Of a DNA stretch of 64,000 nucleotides, positions 41,414 to 49,670 are shown in pieces. Every line of letters starts with the position of its first letter. Positions within the stretch are counted from its first letter, which is position 1. The stretch spans positions 169,816 through 233,815 of the forward strand of contig NW_005434569.1 in NCBI RefSeq assembly GCF_000315625.1, read 5' to 3'. The notes beneath the pieces were generated by a model. That model ran no database searches. It was not told the origin of the DNA and saw nothing but the letters and a program-made list of their open reading frames with translations. A program made the position numbers and the translations under genes. The DNA is from Guillardia theta CCMP2712. Taxonomy: Eukaryota > Protista > Cryptophyta.

Positions 41414-42610
41414 TTAGACCTCCCTCGCGGCAACCCGCATGACGAACCGCAGCACACAGCCGGTCTGCCGCAGGATGCAGACGAGAAGCGCCATGGTGCT
41501 GAAGACAAGTCCCGACACCAGCGGCTTCATCATTAGCTCGTCGGACCGATGCAGGTGCACCTGCTTGCAGAAGAGGATGAATGCCAGGATGCTGGCCGAC
41601 TCGACCCGCCGCCCCTGCATGCAAGAGCTGATGAGGGTGATGGTGGCGCAGCCCTTGAACAGCGGGTTGAGGAGGAAGACAATGATCTGCTTCGGCGTGG
41701 TGCCGGTGGTGCTGGAGAGGTTACCCCAGCCCACCAACAAGGTGATCACCCAGGCTACACAGCAGGCAAACGGCGCCGACTTGTAAAGCACCATGCGATC
41801 GATGCGAGTCTCCGTCGAGTCCATCACAGGCAGTGTCGCCCCCATCGGTGCAAGCATCCCGAACATGACATCGACCCTTGGCATCTTCAGCCCGGTGCAG
41901 AACTCCATGTCCAGCGGGGCGGAGTTGTTCGAGCATGCCGACAGGAAGAATGAGACTATGGAGGCAACAAGGCAGATATAGGCAAACAGCGTGAAGCAGC
42001 CGTTCACGGCCGAGGTCACATCCCGCCTGCGCTGACGGAAGAGCTCGAAGACGTGGCAGAACTCGAGGATGACAATGCCTATGATCAGGAACATCCCACA
42101 CATGGCATTCCTCAGGTCCGTCGCGTAAAACACGATGAAGATCGTGCATCCCATCCCATATACAGAGCGATACAGGATGTAGATCTCCTCGTACTCTGTC
42201 ATGACCATGACGCGCGGCCTGTCCTGATGATCGATGGACTTTGGCATGTGACTCCAATCCTCCGCTGCAGGCTCTAGATCGACAGTGACCCGCTCTGCCT
42301 GCTGCATCTTGTTGGTCTCCTGAGACGCAGGGTCGAAATCCTCCAGGTCTCCGACGCTCTCGTCCCTCTGCTCAATGTCATCCATGTTGTTGTAGCTGAT
42401 CTGCCTCTCACGGTTCATTGCCTTGTTCACGAGGAATTCAAGAAGCTTGATGGCGGCAAAGTAACCGCAAGCAAGTAGCAGCGCGACGCTGGAATCCGTG
42501 ATCTGTTGTGTGGTTTGCACGGACGCGCTGTCTGTTGTGCCCATCGCAATCAGCACGGCGCTGACAAAAATTATGCTCCTTACAAGAATCCCCATCACAG
42601 AACTATGCAA
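41414..42610 (-). CDS. Multi-pass membrane protein (start uncertain)
   Basis: About 9-11 hydrophobic segments with an acidic loop. Confidence 0.75.
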   Translation of the reverse strand: MHSSVMGILVRSIIFVSAVLIAMGTTDSASVQTTQQITDSSVALLLACGYFAAIKLLEFLVNKAMNRERQISYNNMDDIEQRDESVGDLEDFDPASQETNKMQQAERVTVDLEPAAEDWSHMPKSIDHQDRPRVMVMTEYEEIYILYRSVYGMGCTIFIVFYATDLRNAMCGMFLIIGIVILEFCHVFELFRQRRRDVTSAVNGCFTLFAYICLVASIVSFFLSACSNNSAPLDMEFCTGLKMPRVDVMFGMLAPMGATLPVMDSTETRIDRMVLYKSAPFACCVAWVITLLVGWGNLSSTTGTTPKQIIVFLLNPLFKGCATITLISSCMQGRRVESASILAFILFCKQVHLHRSDELMMKPLVSGLVFSTMALLVCILRQTGCVLRFVMRVAAREV

Positions 42611-42741
42611 GTGTCACAGTGTGTGTTTTGTTATATGCTCTGCGAGTAGAGGATCCAGAACCATGCTTCGAATAATTTTTAGTCAACCCCTCCCCTCCCT
42701 GGGGTTATAAATTTCAAGGCCCCCCACCCCAATCCCCATCC

Positions 42742-43812
42742 ATGAACCCCACGGTCCAAAGGACCCACACTCCCCTCTTCAATTTCTGGAAGAGGAACAA
42801 GACCTTCCAGAAGAGCTTTGCAAACATCGTGAAATTCAAGGATGACGAGATCAACATGTCCGACTCCTCGGTGGTGCTCTACCACTTTCACCAGCAGTTG
42901 CTCACCTCCACCATCGATTTCCGCCTGCAGCCGGGGGAGAGCGAGGAAGAGCGATGCGAGCGCGTGAAGCTGGCTGTCAAGCAACTGACAAGATTCACGC
43001 ATCGGTTCTTTGCATTCGTCAATTCGCTGTACCTCCTGTACGATCCCAGCACACCGGTGCTGCGTTACAGCAAGAAGATCGACAAATTGCTGCAAACCAA
43101 ACTGCAAGTGGCGCGGCAGGCAGAGGAGATGCTGCATCTCACCGATGACATGCACCGCATGGATCTAAGGGACTGCTACCACAATTGCAACGGTAGCGTG
43201 AGGTACCATGCGATGAACGTGGATTACATGCGCAAACTGCTCAACATGGTGAAATTCCCAAACCTATCGCTGTTCTTCATCTATGGGTTGCCAAACATGG
43301 TCCACCCTCTCTACGACCAGCTCAGCTACAACAGCTACACCTTGCGGTTTCAGCCACAGGGTGTGATACCCGATATCGTCACGGCACAGAACATCCTCGT
43401 CAACATGCAGGAGCTGGTCTGTTCGATGACCGATTACAGCTCCTATTACAGCAACCTCGCGCGCTTCATCGAATTGCGCGATCGGTTGTTCGAGGACGCC
43501 AGACAAAGCAAGGTCATTGCCAAGATCGAGCAGATGATCAGATCTACGGTGAGTCCCGCAGGGTTCGGCCCTGGAACCTTCCGCTTCATCATTGTGCTCC
43601 CCATCTTCCCAAAGATTGTGCAGAACATCAACATGATGGGGTTCCCCAACCGCGGAACCAAGGCAGAAATCCACGCGCTCTTCCGAGAGCGTCGCAGGCT
43701 GTACAGGAAGTGGAAGATCCCCTTTGAGATCCAGGTGATGCTGCATCGGAACATCGAGCGGGGATTCCCCATTGTCTACCAGAAGGTTTATTCTCTCTCT
43801 GTAGCGAAATAA
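42742..43812 (+). CDS. Hypothetical protein (356 aa)
   Basis: TATAAA at ~42706; AATAAA overlaps the stop. Confidence 0.85.
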   Translation: MNPTVQRTHTPLFNFWKRNKTFQKSFANIVKFKDDEINMSDSSVVLYHFHQQLLTSTIDFRLQPGESEEERCERVKLAVKQLTRFTHRFFAFVNSLYLLYDPSTPVLRYSKKIDKLLQTKLQVARQAEEMLHLTDDMHRMDLRDCYHNCNGSVRYHAMNVDYMRKLLNMVKFPNLSLFFIYGLPNMVHPLYDQLSYNSYTLRFQPQGVIPDIVTAQNILVNMQELVCSMTDYSSYYSNLARFIELRDRLFEDARQSKVIAKIEQMIRSTVSPAGFGPGTFRFIIVLPIFPKIVQNINMMGFPNRGTKAEIHALFRERRRLYRKWKIPFEIQVMLHRNIERGFPIVYQKVYSLSVAK

Positions 43813-43824
43813 AGAAGGAAACCC

Positions 43825-44021
43825 TCAAAAGCTCTGGCAACAAGCCCCCGCGTGATCGCAGCAGAAGAAGGATGCATTGAGGCAATCGCCAATGCACATC
43901 GGTGTCGTGCAGTTGTAGTAGAGGCAGCACACCTTCTCTAGGCAGGAGGGCTCGATGTACCTTGTCCTGTGAATTTCATTATAGGAGGAATCCGATTGAT
44001 AGCCGTCACGGTAGTCATCCA
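43825..44021 (-). CDS. Small protein with Cys-rich C-terminal tail (CYSTM-like)
   Basis: MDDYRDG...CLEKVCCLYYNC...CC...CCQSF, followed by AATAAA. Confidence 0.5.
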
Positions 44022-44116
44022 TACGCAACTGATTCTGCGGGTAGCGCAAAACCACCATCCATAGGCAACGCAGTTCTGCACAACTTTAATAACCCCCCTG
44101 ATCTGTCTCGGATGGC

Positions 44117-45289
44117 ATGCCACGGTATAAAGAGCGGGGCGAGATAAACACGGGAGGCATGGATGCGGCAGAGTTGGACGTTGACATCCACGAGCGCATC
44201 AACCGAGCATTCGAGCTCTACCCGCTGAGCCGCGATGAGCTCGACACATGCCGCGCGCTGCTGAAACCGAGCCGTCACACATCCATCATGGTGATGCCCA
44301 CACACAGGATCAACGAGGTCGGCGAGTTCCAGGGATTCCGCTTCAACGCCGGATCGCAGATCAATGCCGACATCCTCCCAATATCGCGGAAGATGTTCTT
44401 CGGCATCACCATGACCGAATGCCTCAGCAGCCAGAGGGAGGATACACGCGGAGTCAACAGCAAGGCTATCGACCTGCTGAACAACCTCGATGCATGCAAA
44501 CAAAAGATGCAAAACATCCTGCAGAATATTCAGAAGGCATCGCTGCACGAGAAGGCGAGCTTCCAGTGCATGCCAGTGAACGCATACGGCATGCACGAGG
44601 AGGGGGATGCCTACCTCTCCGACTACCGCCGCTACACCGACTCCAAGTTCTGGAATCCAGAGCCCCCCGAGTTCATCGGAATATACCATGGTTTCACGCG
44701 TGGATTTATCAACGATATACGCGAGCACAAGCTCTACATCGCCTGCTCTGGAGGGCTGAACTACGCTTCGCACGACTTCTACAACATGATCCTCGACATG
44801 GGAGACCAGGTGACGACGGCAAAGCTCTGCGAGAGCGAGGAGGTGCACTGGCTTAGGAAGGCATCGCAACGCGCGAGGTGCAAGATCATCAAGATGGTGG
44901 CAGACGAGTTCGGCTTGGATATCCCCATCGAGCTCGACACGCACGAGTTCTCAACCAACGGGTGCTACATCGCCACCCCCACAACGGAGACCATCTATCA
45001 CGACATCCAGAAGACAAGCTCGGATGTCATCTCTGTGTACAACCATGCATGCAACACCGAGCTCAGCGACAACGGCATCCTCTGCCCGATGCACCCCTCC
45101 GAGGGCATATGGCTCGTCCAGTCCAAGATCATCATGGGCTTTCCCAATCTCCTCGTGACCTACGGTGCCGTGGGGGAGGGCTCCGAGGGTCTCAGCCGCT
45201 GCCCGATCCAGCAGGGCATCGGTGCCTTTGTCGGTCTGAAGCACCACTGCAAGATCGACAGCGAGTGTGCATGGAAAACAGTTTTTTGA
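44117..45289 (+). CDS. Hypothetical protein, possibly degenerate RtcB-like; C-terminus crosses the composition boundary
   Basis: Long ORF, likely starting at the ATG near 44159 after TATAAAGAG. The last codons lie in AT-rich DNA. Confidence 0.7.
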   Translation: MPRYKERGEINTGGMDAAELDVDIHERINRAFELYPLSRDELDTCRALLKPSRHTSIMVMPTHRINEVGEFQGFRFNAGSQINADILPISRKMFFGITMTECLSSQREDTRGVNSKAIDLLNNLDACKQKMQNILQNIQKASLHEKASFQCMPVNAYGMHEEGDAYLSDYRRYTDSKFWNPEPPEFIGIYHGFTRGFINDIREHKLYIACSGGLNYASHDFYNMILDMGDQVTTAKLCESEEVHWLRKASQRARCKIIKMVADEFGLDIPIELDTHEFSTNGCYIATPTTETIYHDIQKTSSDVISVYNHACNTELSDNGILCPMHPSEGIWLVQSKIIMGFPNLLVTYGAVGEGSEGLSRCPIQQGIGAFVGLKHHCKIDSECAWKTVF

Positions 45290-45794
45290 TACACAGTATG
45301 GGAAAGAACTGAATAAGGTCAAACAGTTTCTTGATACAGAGTATGAGGAAAAACTCAAGAAGGTTGAAGAGAGTCATGAGAAAGAACTCGTTAAGCTCAG
45401 GGCAGAACAAGCGATTCGCCGCGTCGAGTATTTGGCAGAGCTCCGCAAATTGCAGCGAAAGCATGCTGCAGAATTCATCAAGTTGAAAGATGATACAGAG
45501 CATGCGATAGAACTTGTTAAGGGATTGCAGCATGTTGAGGAACAAAATGGTGGTGAATGTGATATGGGTGAGAGATTAGAGTGCGTGGTGTGTTTTGGAA
45601 ATGTCCGAAGCCATGCTTTTGTACCCTGTGGTCATCTAACAATTTGTCAAGATTGCAAAGATAGGTACTATCCAGTGCACAGAAGGGTACGAGACAGAGG
45701 GAATGTAGCACCTAGAGAATACCTAGCACCAGATGCAACATGCCCAGTGTGTAGACAGAAAGCAACTGCATGTATCCCGATATACAAGGCATGA
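45267..45794 (+). CDS. Coiled coil plus C3HC4 RING (IAP/Giraffe-type) E3 ligase, apparently 5'-truncated
   Basis: CVVC...FVPCGHLTICQDC...CPVCRQ; no ATG start before the coiled coil. Confidence 0.75.
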   Translation: MHGKQFFDTQYGKELNKVKQFLDTEYEEKLKKVEESHEKELVKLRAEQAIRRVEYLAELRKLQRKHAAEFIKLKDDTEHAIELVKGLQHVEEQNGGECDMGERLECVVCFGNVRSHAFVPCGHLTICQDCKDRYYPVHRRVRDRGNVAPREYLAPDATCPVCRQKATACIPIYKA

Positions 45795-45980
45795 AGTTTT
45801 TGTTTTCGGGCTGCAGGGATGCGGGAGAAGTTGTTGCCGGGAGTCTTTGGATCGTGGAGATTTTTTACTTATGATGTGTTAACCGTTGACGTTCACTTGG
45901 AAATTGCCAGTGGGACATTGAATGTCCCACTTCCGGGAAATTTTGCAATATGAGATGATTACGCGGAGTTGTGATACGTG

Positions 45981-47009
45981 TTATTGAGTAAACCTTGTGA
46001 TATGCGTCTGGAACATCTCAGGTTTAGCTTTGAACTCTTTTTCAGTCTGTTCAATCGCCATCTGCATCAAATCAGAGTCTTTTTTCTGATACACGTTGAC
46101 AGAGAAGAGTTTGCCATCACATCTCCTTTGTTCCTTTTCTGGATCATGACCGTATTTGGTTCTGTAGAGATCAGCTAGAATCTTCCCAGCACGCTTGAGC
46201 ATCTCAGGGGTGAACTTGGTTTTCTTCGACTCCAAGACTTTGTCTTGCAAACCAATTGTTTCAAACATGTCGGTCTGAAGTTCCGTGTGGGGAGTGGGAG
46301 TTTGATCTGAGGCAATGCCATTGTTGCTCATCAACTTCTGTCGCTTGTGAAGGAACTTGTTGAAAGTGTAGTCTTGGAGTGAGTTTGCAATTGATGGTGG
46401 TAGCACTCCGTTTACTTTCATGGCTTCCTTGAAGAACTCCAGTTCATCTTTGAATAGCTCGAATTTGTCTCTTGATAGCTGAAATTCATCCCTAGAGCTT
46501 TGATTCTGAATTTTGAGTCGTCTCTCTTCAATATCGAGCTTTCTGTTTTCAATCTCCAACTCAAGCAACCTTGGATCGATGTCATTGTTCCTCTGCAAAT
46601 TGGAACTAGTCGCTTGAGCACTCTGTTCCATTGCCGCCACTCCTTGCGCTTGAGGATAATGTTCATTGCAGAAACTCTTCAATATCTTGATTATTTCCTC
46701 TCGATCATTCTGCACTGATCGTTCTGGGAGATGTTGCAGAATCATCTGGATTGTATCAAAATCGGCCACTGGAATATCACGTTGTCCACGTCCCCGAAAT
46801 TTGAAGTCAAGTATCTTTGACTGAATATCAGGATAATTCAGAAGGATGTTCTGAAGGATTTTTGCCGAATTCTGATTGTTCTTGTTCGTGATATGTCTTA
46901 TCGTATCAATCACAGACATCATAGGAGGAGATCCAGGTTTCACACGGATTGAAGCTTGAGGACTGATACACGGCAAGGGAATCATCTCATTCATCCCGAT
47001 TTGACTCAC
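45981..47009 (-). CDS. Bro-N/KilA-N-like DNA-binding protein of the type common in large DNA viruses
   Basis: MSVIDTI...FKFRGRGQRDIPVAD N-terminal domain, a coiled coil, and C-terminal GKILADLYRTKYG..P.K...DG....VNVY; no introns. Confidence 0.65.
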   Translation of the reverse strand: MSQIGMNEMIPLPCISPQASIRVKPGSPPMMSVIDTIRHITNKNNQNSAKILQNILLNYPDIQSKILDFKFRGRGQRDIPVADFDTIQMILQHLPERSVQNDREEIIKILKSFCNEHYPQAQGVAAMEQSAQATSSNLQRNNDIDPRLLELEIENRKLDIEERRLKIQNQSSRDEFQLSRDKFELFKDELEFFKEAMKVNGVLPPSIANSLQDYTFNKFLHKRQKLMSNNGIASDQTPTPHTELQTDMFETIGLQDKVLESKKTKFTPEMLKRAGKILADLYRTKYGHDPEKEQRRCDGKLFSVNVYQKKDSDLMQMAIEQTEKEFKAKPEMFQTHITRFTQ

Positions 47010-47095
47010 ACCAGTTGAATCACGATCGATATTAGTCTGTTTTTGGTTTTTTTTTCCTGAAATTCTGAGTCGTCTCTTTCGTTTTATGAAAGAGC

Positions 47096-47651
47096 CTCAT
47101 TCAATATACACCCAACTTCATCTATACATGTACCGTTCGGTACAGATGTTGAATAAACTTCATTCAATATACACCCAACTTCATCTATACATGTACCGTT
47201 CGGTACAGATATTGAATAAACTTCATTCAATATACACCCAACTTCATCTATACATGTACCGTTCGGTACAGATATTGAATAAACTTCATTCAATATACAC
47301 CCAACTTCATCTATACATGTACCGTTCGGTACAGATATTGAATAAACTTCATTCAATATACACCCAACTTCATCTATACATGTACCGTTCGGTACAGATG
47401 TTGAATAAACTTCATTCAATATACACCCAACTTCATCTATACATGTACCGTTCGGTACAGATGTTGAATAAACTTCATTCAATATACACCCAACTTCATC
47501 TATACATGTACCGTTCGGTACAGATGTTGAATAAACTTCATTCAATATACACCCAACTTCATCTATACATGTACCGTTCGGTACAGATATTGAATAAACT
47601 TCATTCAATATACACCCAACTTCATCTATACATGTACCGTTCGGTACAGAT
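47096..47651. repeat. 63-bp minisatellite, ~9 near-identical copies with an internal hairpin
   Basis: Unit CTTCATTCAATATACACCCAACTTCATCTATACATGTACCGTTCGGTACAGATRTTGAATAAA. Confidence 0.97.
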
Positions 47652-48160
47652 TAATGTTTTTCGTTGATATGTTTCAACAAACAACTATTTCCATCTTGTT
47701 TGTTGCAAAATACTTTCAGCTCTCCAGTAATATTTGTACACTCCACGCAAACCATCCGGGCCAATTTGTCGCAAACACAGCACCTCTTCCTTTTAATGAC
47801 CTGGTTCTCAAGCAACCTCAACGGCTTGTACTGTAGACGCATCCTGTCTACTCTCATGTCTGAATTAGAGTGCAGTAGCCACATTTTGCTGTTGTACTTG
47901 TCCTTGAACCGTGTTTCTTCTGCCATGTCCATATAACCTCCCCTTGGAGACAAAAGAAAATCTCTTGCCTCTTTCAACTCCTCTGCTGTCTCTATTACAC
48001 CTTGATGTTCACGTTGTATCCCCTTGTCGGGATGGAGTTTGAGGACCCTGCGACGAAAAGCCTCCTTGATTTCTAACGCAGAATGCTGTCCTGGGTATTC
48101 CAGTTGTAGTAGAAGGTGGTAATATGCAGACTTGTACTCAAACTTGACATTGTATGTCAT
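47651..48160 (-). CDS. J-domain protein with a C-terminal Cys/His Zn-binding domain
   Basis: EIKEAFRRRVLKLHPDKG (HPD motif) and CCVC...CVEC...C...C...H. Confidence 0.8.
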   Translation of the reverse strand: MTYNVKFEYKSAYYHLLLQLEYPGQHSALEIKEAFRRRVLKLHPDKGIQREHQGVIETAEELKEARDFLLSPRGGYMDMAEETRFKDKYNSKMWLLHSNSDMRVDRMRLQYKPLRLLENQVIKRKRCCVCDKLARMVCVECTNITGELKVFCNKQDGNSCLLKHINEKH

Positions 48161-48329
48161 TTGAGATGCCGGGTGTTTTTAAAAAATGACTATGACAGAA
48201 TCTCTTGATACACTGAACTATATCTAAAAAAACTACCCCTATCTTTCGGAAACTGGGGAATCCTTTTGTCGTATAAAGGATCAACATAAAAAGACTGTAT
48301 CCTGTTACTGAGTTTTTTTAAGAGGAACA

Positions 48330-48872
48330 ATGCTGTCACCTTGGTATGTGTCCAAACCTCCAACGATGCAATACAACGGAAAACCACCTGCACCAACGAG
48401 GCTGATACAAGATCCTTCAAGGAATAGGGGAAAAGCAGAGAGTTCTGCAAACACACGGCAGAGATTGCAGTTGCTTGCGGCTATGATCAGTCCTTTTCTT
48501 GTTGCAAGTATAGAGAAGATCAAGCAATGGTTGCATCGTTTCAGGCGTAAGACGATGACACTGGAGGAACTGCAGCAAGGGGTTCATGGCATGATGACGG
48601 AAGTACGATCTTTGATGGATTCTGTTCCGTTTTACATCGAGTCGCTGCAAGACAATATAATCCCACAGCTGAAGACGGTTGAATACCGTTTGATGGCTCT
48701 TGAAGATAATATTTCTGTTCATCGCCAGACTCGGAGGATTGCTGGGGGGATCATGCGGCCATTGAATGAGATGAACTCTGAGGAGTTTGATTATGTACAG
48801 AGGAAAGATATGGAGGATCGTCTTAACTTTCTAATTGAGTCATTGAATATGATCAAGTACACAATCAGGTGA
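48330..48872 (+). CDS. Hypothetical helical protein
   Basis: 180-aa ATG ORF. Confidence 0.5.
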   Translation: MLSPWYVSKPPTMQYNGKPPAPTRLIQDPSRNRGKAESSANTRQRLQLLAAMISPFLVASIEKIKQWLHRFRRKTMTLEELQQGVHGMMTEVRSLMDSVPFYIESLQDNIIPQLKTVEYRLMALEDNISVHRQTRRIAGGIMRPLNEMNSEEFDYVQRKDMEDRLNFLIESLNMIKYTIR

Positions 48873-49049
48873 TGCGATGATTCTAGCTTTTGTCAGTGTG
48901 TTTTATTGATTTCGAATACTTTACAGGGGGGATCTGAACCAGTATATCGCGGTCATTCATCCGGGGAAGGATGGACAAATGGGAGTTGGCATTCCCTCTG
49001 TTGGCTACAGCAAGGCTGCGGCTGCTTATGTCATGCCAGTTCTGGGCGT

Positions 49050-49466
49050 GGTACCGTCAGTGATATGTCCGGGCCCGGTATTCTACTCTCCGAGTACCGG
49101 GGGGTACCGTCACTGAGATGTCCGGGCCCGGTATTTTACTCTCCGAGTGACGCCGGGTGGTACTGAGATGTCCGGGCCCGGTATTCTACTCTCCGAGTAC
49201 CGGGTGGTACTGAGATGTCCGGGCCCGGTACCCTACCCTCCGAGTACCGGGTGGTACTGAGATGTCCGGGCCCGGTACCCTACCCTCCGAGTACCGGGTG
49301 GTACTGAGATGTCCGGGCCTGGTACCCTACCCTCCGAGTGACCGGGTGGTACTGAGATGTCCGGGCCTGGTACCCTACCCTCCGAGTGACCGGGGTGGTA
49401 CTGAGATGTCCGGGCCTGGTACCCTACCCTCCGAGTGACCGGGTGGTACTGAGATGTCCGGGCCTG
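49050..49466 (+). repeat. 47-53 bp GC-rich tandem repeat, ~9 copies
   Basis: Unit GTACTGAGATGTCCGGGCCCGGTACCCTACCCTCCGAGT(G)ACCGGGTG. Confidence 0.95.
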
Positions 49467-49670
49467 TAGTACCGGGTCCGAATACCCACGAACCCGGAGG
49501 ACGGGTACTACACCTCTTCATTCCACGTGTGGGGTCCAATTACCATATATCCCATGGGTGGGTACAAAATGTACCGGTACTGTCTCATACAATTGACTCT
49601 AATAATAGGGTGGGTGGTCTCCCACATCAATTCCAGGGGGTGGGGTCATTGGGTTATCGCTTCCCTATCC

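Larger units (their letters stand above)
3088..45266. mobile_element. Large dsDNA virus segment (Duplodnaviria, herpes/mirusvirus-like), probably endogenous or proviral
   Basis: Herpes-type terminase motifs and an assemblin-like protease; dense GC-rich genes with C/G-ending codons; eukaryotic TATA, polyA and splice signals; sharp composition change near 45267 into intron-containing eukaryotic DNA. Confidence 0.8.

Noticed and set aside
3088-45266. Bacteriophage prophage
   Set aside because: Spliceosomal introns, TATA/AATAAA signals, secretory-pathway proteins and no evident Shine-Dalgarno or operon pattern.
47084-47667. Repeat-protein ORFs on both strands
   Set aside because: Open frames follow from a stop-free 63-bp unit; there is no unique coding flank.
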